From a virus (Duplodnaviria > Caudoviricetes), in the IMG/VR virus record IMGVR_UViG_3300030010_000013, positions 1 through 29,865 of that record: 29,865 nucleotides of DNA. One strand, given 5' to 3'. The position numbers and the translations under genes are program-made. Below the pieces are notes generated by a model that did no database searches, had not been told where the DNA came from, and saw nothing but the letters and a program-made list of their open reading frames with translations. This document shows positions 13,475 through 23,099 of this stretch, in pieces (positions within the stretch are counted from its first letter, which is position 1; each line of letters opens with the position of its first letter).

Positions 13475-15750
13475 TACTTCGCCTTCCTCACCTTGCCGGT
13501 CGCGTCGAAGATGTCATCGAACTGCGCGATCGCCTTGGCCTGGTATTGGGGGAGTTTGGCCAGCACCTCCTTGTAGAGCTTGGGGTCCTCGTCGCGGATG
13601 AGGTGGATGATTCCGGCTCCGAGCGACGGTCGCGCCCCGAAGGGCGAGGCGTCCGGGTCGTTGGGATCGAACGGCTTGCCCTTGAGCATGGGTTGCGCGA
13701 GCGTGTCGACGATGCGAGCGCGCTCCTCGTCGCTTGAGCCCTTGGCTCTGGTGATGAGCGCACGGGCGGCGTCATCGTCGGTCGGCGCCAGTCCGTAGTT
13801 GCTCGACTTGCCGGCCGCGTTGGTGCGCTGTTCGGCCGCGGTCCGAGCGAGCTCCTGCGGGGCCTGAATGAACGCTTCTCGGCCGGCGATCGGATGCGAG
13901 AGGTAGAGGTCCGTCTTCGCGAGTCCCAAAGGCGCTGCACTGGCGCCAACTTCCGTCGCGGTCTGCCCGCCGAACGACGTCTCCGGCATCTCGCTGGGCG
14001 CGCGCGGCACCCATCCGTCCTTGATGCCGTGGATCTTGAGCGTGGCATCGACGCCGCCCTTCACGATGGCATCGAGGGCATCGAGGGAACTCGCAGCAGG
14101 GGCCTTGCTGAAAAGCCGGCTCTTGATGCTGTCCGGATCAAAATTTAACACGTGCTCTGTGATGGCGTCGAATTCGCGAGAACTTGCGTTGGCGCCCAGC
14201 GACTTGATGTAGTCGGCGACTACCGCCCCATATCGAGTCTTCGCCGTTGCCCAAGCATCGCGGTCCCAACTTGAGGGGTCGGAGTTCAAGAACTGCTTGA
14301 GCTGCGCCCCCACGTCGACGACCTGCTGCGCATAGGCGAGCTGCTTCTGGACGTCGCGCCGCGCTTCCTTGTCGCCGATGACGGCGACCTCGGTACTCTT
14401 GGCGGTGTCGCGAAGCTCCTTCGCCTGCTGGGCAAGTTGCTGCGCCTGGGCCTGGTCTCCGGTCGTGCGCGCGGCGGCCTCGAGTTGGTCCGCTTGGGCG
14501 ACCATCTGCTTGCCCCTGGAGGTGTAGAGCCCGTCGCCCGTCGCCGGGTTGAATACGCCCTCGTCGCCGATCTGCTTCGCCTTGGCCGCCTTGTCTTTTT
14601 GGTCGAGGGCCGCGTACTTCTCTGCGAGCGCGTCCATCTCCTTCTTCTGATCGAACGCGAAGGTCTTGTCGAACTGGCGTGCCTGGATGTCCTGACCGCG
14701 CTTCTGCAGCGACAGACCGTAACCCTGGTTCGCGACCTCCTGCTTCTTGATGGCGGTGTCGCTCAACTTCTCGGCGACGCTCGACTTCAGCGCGCCGGCT
14801 TGCGCCTCGAGACCGAGTGCGGTCTGCTCGGCGTTGAGCTTTGCCTGAGGACTGGCGTATTTCGCTGCGGTCGCGCGAAGTTGGGAGGCTGCGGTGGTCA
14901 GATGCTGCGCCTGCATGAGGCTGGCGGCTTGGTTCGCATCGCCGGTCATGTCCATGTAATTCTTGAGTGCGCCCTGGCGGAGGCCGATCTGCTTTCCGAG
15001 GTGCTCCTGCTCGCGAATCTGGGCGTCGGTATCCTCTTTGGCGGCCTGCTGGATCATCTCGAGCGCGACGTTCGGGCCATGGTTTCCCATCATTGCCTGC
15101 CCCACGCTGGACAGGACGATGGCGATCGCGTTGCCGATCTTCTTCCCGGTCGAAATGTTGTGGTAGTACCTGTTCGGGTCTACCTTGTAGTCGGCCTCGG
15201 TCTTGACTGCCTGGTCGACGGCGGTCTGGTATTTGGCGCGAGTCGCGGCCTGCTCTGCCTGCCGCGCCGCCATGTCCTTTTCCCATGCCGCCTGGTCGTC
15301 CGCCTGCTTCTGCAGGATGGCGGCTTCCTCTCCGGACTTCGCCGCTTCAATCCCCCCTTGCGCACGCGCAACCTGCGCCTGTCCCCCGACCGCGGCCTGC
15401 TGGGCATTGCTGCCCTGCTGGATCTGCTGCAGCGGGTCCTGCACCTTGGTGGGCGGGGCAGGTGCTGGGGGGGGGGAGGCCGTGGGCTGTGGCTTGAACG
15501 CGCTGACCGGCACGTGGTAATCGTCTCGCGTCCCCGGTCCGGGCTGAGGCGCGACAATCGGAGACGGGGCGGCGGGGGGCGGATCCTGCCAGCCGAGCGC
15601 CTGGAGCACCTCGGGGGAGAGGAATGACTGCGGGCCATGGGGCTGAGCCGGCGGCGCCGCTCCGCTTCCGGCGAGCGACGAATCGACCGGCGGGGACCCG
15701 GCGAACCCGGGCCACGCCAGCACCTCCGGGGGGAGCTGCGGGTCAGGCAT
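13474..15750 (-). CDS. internal virion/ejection protein (Pro-rich N-terminus, Gln/Ala coiled coil)
   Basis: Start probably ATG 15750 (MPDPQLPP, TGATG overlap); 758 aa, helical Q/A/K-rich; lies between the nozzle and the large ejection protein. Confidence 0.65.
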   Translation of the reverse strand: MPDPQLPPEVLAWPGFAGSPPVDSSLAGSGAAPPAQPHGPQSFLSPEVLQALGWQDPPPAAPSPIVAPQPGPGTRDDYHVPVSAFKPQPTASPPPAPAPPTKVQDPLQQIQQGSNAQQAAVGGQAQVARAQGGIEAAKSGEEAAILQKQADDQAAWEKDMAARQAEQAATRAKYQTAVDQAVKTEADYKVDPNRYYHNISTGKKIGNAIAIVLSSVGQAMMGNHGPNVALEMIQQAAKEDTDAQIREQEHLGKQIGLRQGALKNYMDMTGDANQAASLMQAQHLTTAASQLRATAAKYASPQAKLNAEQTALGLEAQAGALKSSVAEKLSDTAIKKQEVANQGYGLSLQKRGQDIQARQFDKTFAFDQKKEMDALAEKYAALDQKDKAAKAKQIGDEGVFNPATGDGLYTSRGKQMVAQADQLEAAARTTGDQAQAQQLAQQAKELRDTAKSTEVAVIGDKEARRDVQKQLAYAQQVVDVGAQLKQFLNSDPSSWDRDAWATAKTRYGAVVADYIKSLGANASSREFDAITEHVLNFDPDSIKSRLFSKAPAASSLDALDAIVKGGVDATLKIHGIKDGWVPRAPSEMPETSFGGQTATEVGASAAPLGLAKTDLYLSHPIAGREAFIQAPQELARTAAEQRTNAAGKSSNYGLAPTDDDAARALITRAKGSSDEERARIVDTLAQPMLKGKPFDPNDPDASPFGARPSLGAGIIHLIRDEDPKLYKEVLAKLPQYQAKAIAQFDDIFDATGKVRKAK

Positions 15751-16799
15751 CAGCGCGTCTCGCCCTCGAGCTTGCGGACGCGCTTGTTGAGTCTCGCGGC
15801 GCTGGCAAGGAGCGTGCTGATAGTCTTGTCCTTGTCGAGCATTTTGGCTCCCCCGGGGCCCTCCCGGACGACGCGCCGGCCGGCGCGCGAGCGCTCCATG
15901 TCCTGAGCCATGACCCAGTTCCACTCACCTTCACCGTACTTGGCGTCCTTGTACTTCCCGCTCTTGGGCGCCAGCGCGTCGAGCATCTCGTCGATGTCTG
16001 CGTCAGCGTCGACCACGTCGGTCTTGAGCCTCTCGTCGCTGAAGATCGCGCCGATGCCGGCGAGCAACCCGCCGGCCTTCGCCGCATCTGCCTGGTTCTG
16101 CTGGGCTCCGATGCCCAGATCGGCGTTGTATTTGGCGATGTCGCGCGTGTTCAACATCCCCATCGTTTGCAGGTAGTTGCCGCTGTTGAGCTGGTTCGTC
16201 CCCATCTGGGCCTGCTGATTCGCCAGGTTCGCGCCCTGCGCAAGCCCGGCGTTCTGCTGGGCGACCCCGATATCACCCTGACGCCCGGCCCCGGCGACGC
16301 CTGCCAACTGGCCCTGCGCCAACTGCTGGTCGGACATCGCGGCCTGCTGGCCCATCCCTACCCCGGACAGCCCAAGCGCCGCCGATTGGTTGGCTGCGTT
16401 GCGCGCGGATAGGGCGGCGTTTCCGCCGCGCGCCATGCGCGCCTGGGCCTGCTGTGCGGCTACCGCGTTGGCGATCTGCCGCTGCGCAGCGAGCTCTCCG
16501 GCCCCCTGCTGTTGGCCGCTCGCGATTCCCTGAAGTTGCCCCATCTGCGCGAGCTGGCCCTGCCGGAATGGGTCGGCCCCGAGCTGAAGCTGAGCGCCCT
16601 GGACCTGTGGGGCCTGGTTATGTGTGATGTCTTGCGACCAGTAGGCGGCGTTCGGGTCACCTTGCCCGCCGCGCAGAAGCGCCTGAAACTGATCGTTATT
16701 ACCGAACTGATTCGGGGCATTGTTCTTCGCCGTATGAGCGAAGTTGCCGGGGTCGAAGAACCTCTCGACGTCGCCGGTATCGAATCCGAGAAAACTCAT
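15750..16799 (-). CDS. Gln/Ala/Gly-rich pilot/ejection-like protein with a C-terminal peptidase S74 (intramolecular chaperone) domain
   Basis: Start ATG 16799 (MSFLGFD, AAGGAG upstream); C-terminal FSDERLKTDV...Y......VMAQD.E...L..RV..LE. Confidence 0.8.
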   Translation of the reverse strand: MSFLGFDTGDVERFFDPGNFAHTAKNNAPNQFGNNDQFQALLRGGQGDPNAAYWSQDITHNQAPQVQGAQLQLGADPFRQGQLAQMGQLQGIASGQQQGAGELAAQRQIANAVAAQQAQARMARGGNAALSARNAANQSAALGLSGVGMGQQAAMSDQQLAQGQLAGVAGAGRQGDIGVAQQNAGLAQGANLANQQAQMGTNQLNSGNYLQTMGMLNTRDIAKYNADLGIGAQQNQADAAKAGGLLAGIGAIFSDERLKTDVVDADADIDEMLDALAPKSGKYKDAKYGEGEWNWVMAQDMERSRAGRRVVREGPGGAKMLDKDKTISTLLASAARLNKRVRKLEGETR

Positions 16800-16801
16800 C
16801 G

Positions 16802-19800
16802 TTATCCGCTCCTTGCTGCGCCGACCTTGAAGTCTGCGCCGATTCCACCGCCGATCAAGAGCAATTCGCTCAACTCGAAGCTCGGCCCGGCATCCCCGGT
16901 GGCCTCGAGGTCCTCGATCCGAAACGCGATGGCCTGACACCGGCGGTTGAGGTGGAACCGGCGCTGGTACCTGGCCCCGCCTCCTCCGGCGCCGCCGTAA
17001 GCCCCTACGCCGTAGGGCCCGGCGCCGTAGAGCGAGGGGGTCCAGTCGGCGTTCACGTTGGCGATGAGCGCCGGAGACCATGCGTCGTTGTAGTCGATCC
17101 GGTAGCGGAGGCTGAGCTGGTGCGGGCTCTTGAACGACCCCAGGAAGTAGGCGTAAAGCACCTTCTGCCAGCCCTGCAGGTACTGAGCGAAGTGAATGTG
17201 GGCGGTCTCGATGACGATCGGGATGCGACTGTTGTCGTCGCGATACAACCCAGGAGTCTCAACGAACACGCGCGAATCGGTACGCAGGTAGTAGTAGAGC
17301 CCACCAACCACCACCGCATCGATCCCGGTGTGGTTGGTGTAGGTCGACCACTGGTTCCGGTTGTAATCCCACAGCAGGGTGCGGCCCTCGGCTGTAAGGT
17401 ACAGGATTCGCTGGTTCGTCGGCATCAAAGTTGCCCGCGATACGACCTGGCCGTCGTAGGCTTCGGCCGGGTTGCCGATGTTGGCGATCTGCCGATCGCG
17501 CGTGAGCATCATGATCCCCTTGGCGCTTTGGAAGGTTATTCCCACGGGGGTCGCGCAGATGCTGGTCGGCGAAGTGCAACCGACGTCGCTCGTGACGAGC
17601 TCGGCCGGGGTGAACGCGTTGACCTCTGGCGACGCCGTCGGGTCGGCCAGGGGTCCAGGCCCCCCGAACACGTAAATCGACGTCCGCTTGAACACCAGCA
17701 CGGTGTCATCGAGCGCGGCCAGCGCGGTGACCCCGCCACCAAGCGGGTCGACCTGCAACGAGAGGTCGATGGGGGCTTCGATCGCGGTGTCATCGGCCCG
17801 TTGCTGCGAGTAATTGACGACCAGCGGGTCGCTTGAGTCATCCCAGAACAGACGTCCCTTACTCACCGCCAGCATGCCGCCGCCCCACGACGAGGGTGCG
17901 TTGCTCAAAATTCCGCCGTTCGTGTAGAGCGGCTCGCGCGCGACAAGCTGCGCATCGGTCAGGTTGTCGAGGAACGTCACCGTGTCGACGGTGGGGTCAT
18001 TGTTGACGTAGCGATTCGCGCCGGTGGTCACCGTGACGTCGTTGCTGGTCACCCTGTACAGCGGGAGCGTGGTGTCTGACCCGGTTGCCCCTTGCGCGGT
18101 CCGCGCGACGCAGATGCGCACGTTACCGAACCTGGTGAGCCTGCAGGTCGGGATTGCATGCGAGAGCTGCGAAGGTCCGCCGCTCGCGGTAACCAGCACC
18201 TTGACGCTCACGGGGCCGCGGTGCAGTTCTCCCTGCGCATCGACCGCCTCGTACCAGTAGGCGTAGGCGTAGGTCCCGTTCGGAATCGCGCCAGCGCCTC
18301 CGCTCGTGATGATACCAGTAAGCGCGACCGATGCCCCGGTCGCGTCGAATCCGTAGTCAGGTGCGCAATGGAAGTCAGCCTCATGCCAGTCGGCGCCGTC
18401 ATAATGCATCGGAGCCGAGCTGGCGAGGTAGAGCCCCCGCCCGAACTGGATGGTATGGTACGCCACGTCGAAATTGATGGTAGCGAGCTTGATTCCTTGC
18501 TCGGAAAATTGATCCCCGAGTTGCGAGCTCAGCTGCAGGCGATACCCGACCGGGACCGCATGTGTGCGAGAGAACAGGTCCGTCTCGGCGACGTCAACGG
18601 CCATGACCGAAGGAAGGTGCGCCGTCAACGCCCTCGTGCCGGACCCCGTAGCGCGCAGGATCGACCCGGAGCACGTGCCGGGGAGGAGCCGCGCCATGAT
18701 GCTGTTGCCTGGCGTCGCGATGCCGCTGTCGTCAGAGAGCCGCAGCGCGGCTAGGTAGGGAAAGAACCGCGAGGTGTGCGCGACGAGCACGTAGACATCA
18801 CCGTTCTGCGCCGTCGAGGGGGCCAGCGTCGAGCCGTCGTGCCAGGCTCGCGAGACCAGACCGTGTCCCTTGAGTCGCGTGAAGCTGACGTCCGACGTCG
18901 TCAGACTCTGAAGCGCGACCCCGCTGTCGATGTCGGCCAGGTCGGTTCGGGTCGCGGTCCGCTCGGCCGCCCAGTAGAGCAAGGGGAGACCATCGGAGCC
19001 GTTCGCCCCGAAGCACGCGGTGATGCGCAGGTAGGTCGCCGCTCCTGCATTTGCTCCGAGCGCGGCCACGAGACGCGAACTGACGACCAACGAGGCCGGC
19101 GTCAGGAACCGGGCTGAAGCCACGAGCCCATTGACCCACACCACCGCGATCGACAGCCCACTGCCATCATACGTTACGGCGATCGGACCGGTGATGGTAT
19201 CGGCAAAGGTCGCAACCGATGGAAGCCCGGTCGCAGGACCGAGGGCCCCGAACGGAGCAATGTAGCCGACCCGGAATCCGCCGCCGGCTCGCGCCCAGGC
19301 GATAACCGCTGGTCGCACATCGAATACGCCGAATGGCGCATTGGGCGCTGGCTCGACGTCATACTTAGGGTTGGTCCCATCCAGGTCGCTGGTCAGCACG
19401 CGGACAACCGGAGTCGATGCCGGAGTCGACGGGTTGATCACCGCAACGAAGATTTGCCCAAGGTCCTCTCGAGTCCACAGCACATGGAGAACATCTCCCA
19501 CGGCCACGCAGGACGTGTTGCGCGCCGACGTCGATCCATCGAGGATGGCCTGGCTCTGCAGCACGCGACCGGTGGACGTCTCGAGCACGGAGCACCGGAT
19601 ACCGCCGCGCGAGTCGTCCCAGGCGACCACGCTCACGCCATGACGCGTCGCCATGTCCGGCTGGCTCTGGTAGGACCCCGTCCTGGCGATCGGCGCGGTG
19701 GTCGCCGTGGTTGCCGCTACCTCTCCGGAATCGGCCCAGCGATCGAAGCTCGGCCGATAGCTATAACAGCGCTTGTCGGTGAAAAGTAGCACCTCACCAT

Positions 19801-20023
19801 CGCGTTCCGCGAGCCCGCGCGCGTTCGTGATGTCGCCACCGCCGCTCTGGACCTGCGTGCTGAGGGCGCGATATCCGGTCCGCTTGCTGAGCGTGGTCTG
19901 CTTGGTAAACACGCAGTTCTGCAGGTCGAGAAGTTGGGTGACTGGGACCTGCTTCGCGTCCGTCCGCGTATCGATGCCACCCTGGAATTGTATGGGTAGC
20001 GGGGCCTTGCCATCGAGGGGCAT
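16802..20023 (-). CDS. tail nozzle / DNA stabilisation protein (T7 gp12 / P22 gp10-like)
   Basis: About 1073 aa, beta-rich; N-terminal F.GG.D...D...V....L..L.N..F, LVFK..SIY, S.VGC and C-terminal R.....FRIE; GGAG upstream of ATG 20023. Confidence 0.7.
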   Translation of the reverse strand: MPLDGKAPLPIQFQGGIDTRTDAKQVPVTQLLDLQNCVFTKQTTLSKRTGYRALSTQVQSGGGDITNARGLAERDGEVLLFTDKRCYSYRPSFDRWADSGEVAATTATTAPIARTGSYQSQPDMATRHGVSVVAWDDSRGGIRCSVLETSTGRVLQSQAILDGSTSARNTSCVAVGDVLHVLWTREDLGQIFVAVINPSTPASTPVVRVLTSDLDGTNPKYDVEPAPNAPFGVFDVRPAVIAWARAGGGFRVGYIAPFGALGPATGLPSVATFADTITGPIAVTYDGSGLSIAVVWVNGLVASARFLTPASLVVSSRLVAALGANAGAATYLRITACFGANGSDGLPLLYWAAERTATRTDLADIDSGVALQSLTTSDVSFTRLKGHGLVSRAWHDGSTLAPSTAQNGDVYVLVAHTSRFFPYLAALRLSDDSGIATPGNSIMARLLPGTCSGSILRATGSGTRALTAHLPSVMAVDVAETDLFSRTHAVPVGYRLQLSSQLGDQFSEQGIKLATINFDVAYHTIQFGRGLYLASSAPMHYDGADWHEADFHCAPDYGFDATGASVALTGIITSGGAGAIPNGTYAYAYWYEAVDAQGELHRGPVSVKVLVTASGGPSQLSHAIPTCRLTRFGNVRICVARTAQGATGSDTTLPLYRVTSNDVTVTTGANRYVNNDPTVDTVTFLDNLTDAQLVAREPLYTNGGILSNAPSSWGGGMLAVSKGRLFWDDSSDPLVVNYSQQRADDTAIEAPIDLSLQVDPLGGGVTALAALDDTVLVFKRTSIYVFGGPGPLADPTASPEVNAFTPAELVTSDVGCTSPTSICATPVGITFQSAKGIMMLTRDRQIANIGNPAEAYDGQVVSRATLMPTNQRILYLTAEGRTLLWDYNRNQWSTYTNHTGIDAVVVGGLYYYLRTDSRVFVETPGLYRDDNSRIPIVIETAHIHFAQYLQGWQKVLYAYFLGSFKSPHQLSLRYRIDYNDAWSPALIANVNADWTPSLYGAGPYGVGAYGGAGGGGARYQRRFHLNRRCQAIAFRIEDLEATGDAGPSFELSELLLIGGGIGADFKVGAARSG

Positions 20024-20035
20024 CAAAATGCTCCA

Positions 20036-20070
20036 TTGACCGAGTCAATACGCGGGCGCATACATGCCGC
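20036..20070 (+). promoter_or_regulatory. putative promoter/operator of the antisense moron
   Basis: TTGACC lies exactly 35 nt before ATG 20071, the spacing of the left-end promoters; inverted repeat ATTGAC-CGA-GTCAAT; the -10 box is weak (CATACA/ATACAT). Confidence 0.45.
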
Positions 20071-20421
20071 ATGGCCAAACTCATCGTTCTCGTCGCCCTG
20101 GCGGCCGGATGCGCCAACATCCACGTCAACCGTGCGGCGTTGGTTGCGAGCACGCTCGCGCTCGCATGCGATGCCGGGCAGACGATGCGCGCAGCACGAG
20201 AGGGGTGGAAAGGCCAGTTCGAGCAGAACCCGGTGATGGGGTCGCACCCGGATCAGGCCACGGTGGCCGGGTACTTCGTTGGGGCGATCGCCATCAATTC
20301 TCTGGTGTGGCTCGTCACCCCCGATCGACACAAATCGATCGTCCCGGCTGGAGTGATCGGGGTGCAGGCCGCGGCGATCCACGGGAACCTGCAGCGCAGC
20401 CTCGGGATGTGCGGGCTCTAG
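20071..20421 (+). CDS. predicted membrane lipoprotein, moron-like (D..T...G..E.NP motif, DUF5658-like)
   Basis: MAKLIVLVALAAG-C lipobox plus three further hydrophobic segments; exactly fills the gap between two minus-strand tail genes. Confidence 0.7.
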   Translation: MAKLIVLVALAAGCANIHVNRAALVASTLALACDAGQTMRAAREGWKGQFEQNPVMGSHPDQATVAGYFVGAIAINSLVWLVTPDRHKSIVPAGVIGVQAAAIHGNLQRSLGMCGL

Positions 20422-20430
20422 ATTTTTGGG

Positions 20431-20456
20431 GTCGATCGCCATCATGGGTGATCGAC
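20431..20456. terminator. hairpin between convergent genes, possible terminator
   Basis: GTCGATCGCC-ATCATG-GGTGATCGAC 10-bp stem with one G:U on the plus strand; no U-tract follows on either strand. Confidence 0.3.
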
Positions 20457-21635
20457 GAACACGGTCGCCCCGATTACGAATAGGTTGATGGCAGTCGCCG
20501 ACGCCAGGACCTCCAGGTACAGGTTGTCATTTGTCGCGACGGTATATGCGCCCGACGCGGTAACGATGGCTTCGTTGGAGCCCGGGGAGGCGATGGTAGC
20601 GGATATCACGCTCAGCGTGCCCGTCCCGGTCTTGTCCCGGACGATGGTTATGCTGACTTGCGGAATCGTCGTGATTCCAGATCCGGTGCACACGTTGACG
20701 TTGACCTGCACAATACGGTCTCCGCTCCGCAAACCGGTGAGACTTGCGTGGATCGATGCCGAGTTCGCAATAGATCTGGCCACGTGGCCAAACCCGGCGT
20801 TGCTGGTCATCTGCTGATACGTGCCGACGGATCCTGGGTTGGCGCTCGCGGCGAACGCAGATGCCTGGATCTGCATCGGCCATACCTGGCCATGCGTAAA
20901 TGAGCTCGTCGAGTCCAGCGCTGCCCCGCCAGAAATTGTCACCCCACCGGTAAATGCGTTGCTCGCCGTGAGCACGCCCGTGCTCCCCATCTGCAACGCC
21001 ACGGTGGCGCCTGGCACACTGGCCGGGAAGGTCACCTGATAGCTCGCGGCCAACGAAGTCGGGCTCGCGAGTCGGACGCGATTGGTCGGGACACCAGCAG
21101 CTGGATTCGCCTTGTACTCGTAGAGGTCGACATCGGCGTTCCGCATGCGCGCGTACTGGCGCACCCCCGCGCCAATCTGCTGCTGAAACCAGTAGCTGTC
21201 GGTGGCGTCGTCGAATATCACGAGTGCTCCGACCCCCGCGTAATCGCCACCGATCCCTCCGGTGAACGCGGACACGTTGAGCGCCGCGCCATCCGTGAGC
21301 TGGACGTTGCTGCCGCCCGGGGTGCGCCAGTACAGGTTGCTGTCAGCCGAATTGAGCCAGAGCGCGCCGGCGAGTGCGGTGACCGCGGATGACGCCACTG
21401 CGGCGAAGTCGATCGCCACCAAGTCGGTGATGGCGTGCGAAGTTCCGCCGCTGGACCACGAGACGTCGGAAGTGACGTTGAGCGCGGCCACCGGGACCTT
21501 CACCCCCTTGCCCGTGGTGTGGTCGTGCGCGTCGATGAGCTGATAGCTCGTGTCGAAGATGGTATCCCAGGTGTCAACGCTGCCGTGGTCGGTAGGCAGC
21601 ACGAGCCCCATGTTCGCGGTAGGTGGCTGGCTCAT
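20442..21635 (-). CDS. tail fibre/appendage-like virion protein
   Basis: Start probably ATG 21635 (MSQPPTANMGLVLP, GGAGG upstream, TGATG overlap); IDAHDH..GKG motif; T/S/G/A-rich beta sequence. Confidence 0.6.
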   Translation of the reverse strand: MSQPPTANMGLVLPTDHGSVDTWDTIFDTSYQLIDAHDHTTGKGVKVPVAALNVTSDVSWSSGGTSHAITDLVAIDFAAVASSAVTALAGALWLNSADSNLYWRTPGGSNVQLTDGAALNVSAFTGGIGGDYAGVGALVIFDDATDSYWFQQQIGAGVRQYARMRNADVDLYEYKANPAAGVPTNRVRLASPTSLAASYQVTFPASVPGATVALQMGSTGVLTASNAFTGGVTISGGAALDSTSSFTHGQVWPMQIQASAFAASANPGSVGTYQQMTSNAGFGHVARSIANSASIHASLTGLRSGDRIVQVNVNVCTGSGITTIPQVSITIVRDKTGTGTLSVISATIASPGSNEAIVTASGAYTVATNDNLYLEVLASATAINLFVIGATVFVDHP

Positions 21636-21967
21636 CAGAATACCTCCAAAACGGCGCCAGGTTGCGCCACGCCGATGCAGGTGATGGTTACCTGGGTTGG
21701 GGTTGACGACTTCATCGCCCAGGCCCAACTTGCGCTGGCGACCGACGGGGTGATGGTAACGCCGGTCGGCGTGCGGCCGAGCCCGTGCGTGATTACGGTG
21801 TCGCCGACCGCTAGGTTGCTCGTAATGACGGCGCGGTCCTTCAGCTGGTCGGCCGCGCGCTGCGCGGACTGGACGACCTGGCGCATGGTGATTGCCGTGA
21901 CTTCTCCGCTCGTGGTGGCGATCTGCCGGGGGCGCGTCGCCGGGCGCTCGGGGCGCTGGGTCGGCAT
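21635..21967 (-). CDS. small virion protein
   Basis: Start probably ATG 21967 (TGATG overlap); ITHGLGRTP motif common in small phage tail proteins. Confidence 0.65.
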   Translation of the reverse strand: MPTQRPERPATRPRQIATTSGEVTAITMRQVVQSAQRAADQLKDRAVITSNLAVGDTVITHGLGRTPTGVTITPSVASASWAWAMKSSTPTQVTITCIGVAQPGAVLEVF

Positions 21968-22668
21968 CACCACCACCCATCCCATCCCAGACCGAGGTCC
22001 GTATCTCCGTCACGGCGCGGGTTGTCGATGAGCGAGAACGCCTCGCCCGCGTCGCGCGCGTCGGCCGCGGTCCTGAGCATCTGCCCGAGCCTCTCAATCA
22101 TCGGGTCCACCGACGAGGTCGACAGGTCGGAACGGATGAGCATGTCGCGCTGCGCAAGATGAACCACAAGCCGCTCCTCCGCTGGCACGTCGAAGGTAAC
22201 CAGCGAGACGTCATTGACGTCGCTGAACTGCACGGGCAGCGGGGTGTACCAGGCCTTCCCGGTGCCGCCGACATGGTTGGGCGCCAGGATGAGGTTGGGA
22301 CCTTGCAGCCGGTACCGCACCCGGTGCATAGAGTTCCCGGTCGAGGTGAACTGGTGTTGCGTGTCGATGTCGTATGGGTGCGCGCGGAAGTACCGCGTCC
22401 CATCGCTGCTCACGTCGAGGTGGCGCAGCTTGTAGAAACTGGGGGCGATCGTCGCCAGCGAGTAGACGTCCGTGCCGGCGACGATCGAGAACGTCGCGTC
22501 GAGCGTGTAGTAGTCGGCCCAGCGCTGAACCATCATGTCGTACCCCTCGAGCAACGCGTAGTTGATCCCCTGGAGGAGCACGGCCGGCGTGATGTCGTCC
22601 GAGGTCTCCCACTGGCCGAGCTGCTGAACGGCCAGCGACAACTGAGCGAAGCTTCGGGTGTACGTCAT
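21967..22668 (-). CDS. head-tail adaptor (tail tubular protein A-like)
   Basis: 233 aa; L...IN.A, G...Y.L...FYKL..LD, Y.L.G..L...P pattern; positioned after the capsid genes. Confidence 0.65.
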   Translation of the reverse strand: MTYTRSFAQLSLAVQQLGQWETSDDITPAVLLQGINYALLEGYDMMVQRWADYYTLDATFSIVAGTDVYSLATIAPSFYKLRHLDVSSDGTRYFRAHPYDIDTQHQFTSTGNSMHRVRYRLQGPNLILAPNHVGGTGKAWYTPLPVQFSDVNDVSLVTFDVPAEERLVVHLAQRDMLIRSDLSTSSVDPMIERLGQMLRTAADARDAGEAFSLIDNPRRDGDTDLGLGWDGWW

Positions 22669-22670
22669 AG

Positions 22671-23090
22671 CTACCGGTAGACGCTCGTGTCGAGACCGGA
22701 TATGGTCAGGACTGCCAGGTCAGCCGATGTCAGGTCGGTCGCGGCACCGGCCGCGGCGAAAGTTCGCAGCGTGATGACCCCGGTGATCGGGGAATGCGCT
22801 GACACCTGCGCCCACAGGCCGCCCGTGCCCATGACTTCGGTCTCGACCGATAGCCAGGCGAACATCCGCCATTGCGCCGCCACGGTAACGGTGTAGACCC
22901 CGACGCCAGAACGCGTCGGGATCTCCGCCGCCAACGTGCTCATGACGCTGGCCTTGACCGGCCATAGCGGGGGGATGATCCCGTTGGTCGGAGCCACCGG
23001 CGCAGAGGCGCCCGTGCCGACAACCGCCAGCCGGTAGTATTGGACCCCCATCGGGTAGTCCTTCGAATCCCATCCTCCTCGGTTGAGCAT
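22671..23090 (-). CDS. hypothetical virion (decoration-like) protein
   Basis: 139 aa directly after the major capsid gene; TRSGVGVYTVT beta-rich sequence. Confidence 0.65.
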   Translation of the reverse strand: MLNRGGWDSKDYPMGVQYYRLAVVGTGASAPVAPTNGIIPPLWPVKASVMSTLAAEIPTRSGVGVYTVTVAAQWRMFAWLSVETEVMGTGGLWAQVSAHSPITGVITLRTFAAAGAATDLTSADLAVLTISGLDTSVYR

Positions 23091-23099
23091 GGTGGCCCC

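Noticed and set aside
20023-20445. Minus-strand 140-aa ORF bridging the fibre and nozzle genes
   Set aside because: Although it abuts both neighbours, it has shadow-like composition, while the plus-strand ORF has a lipobox, TM segments and a promoter; not fully excluded.
8209-22097. Extended upstream starts given by the ORF track (9327, 15924, 17081, 21985, 22097)
   Set aside because: The extensions overlap the preceding genes; internal ATGs with stop/start coupling or SDs (9012, 15750, 16799, 21967, 21635) fit better.
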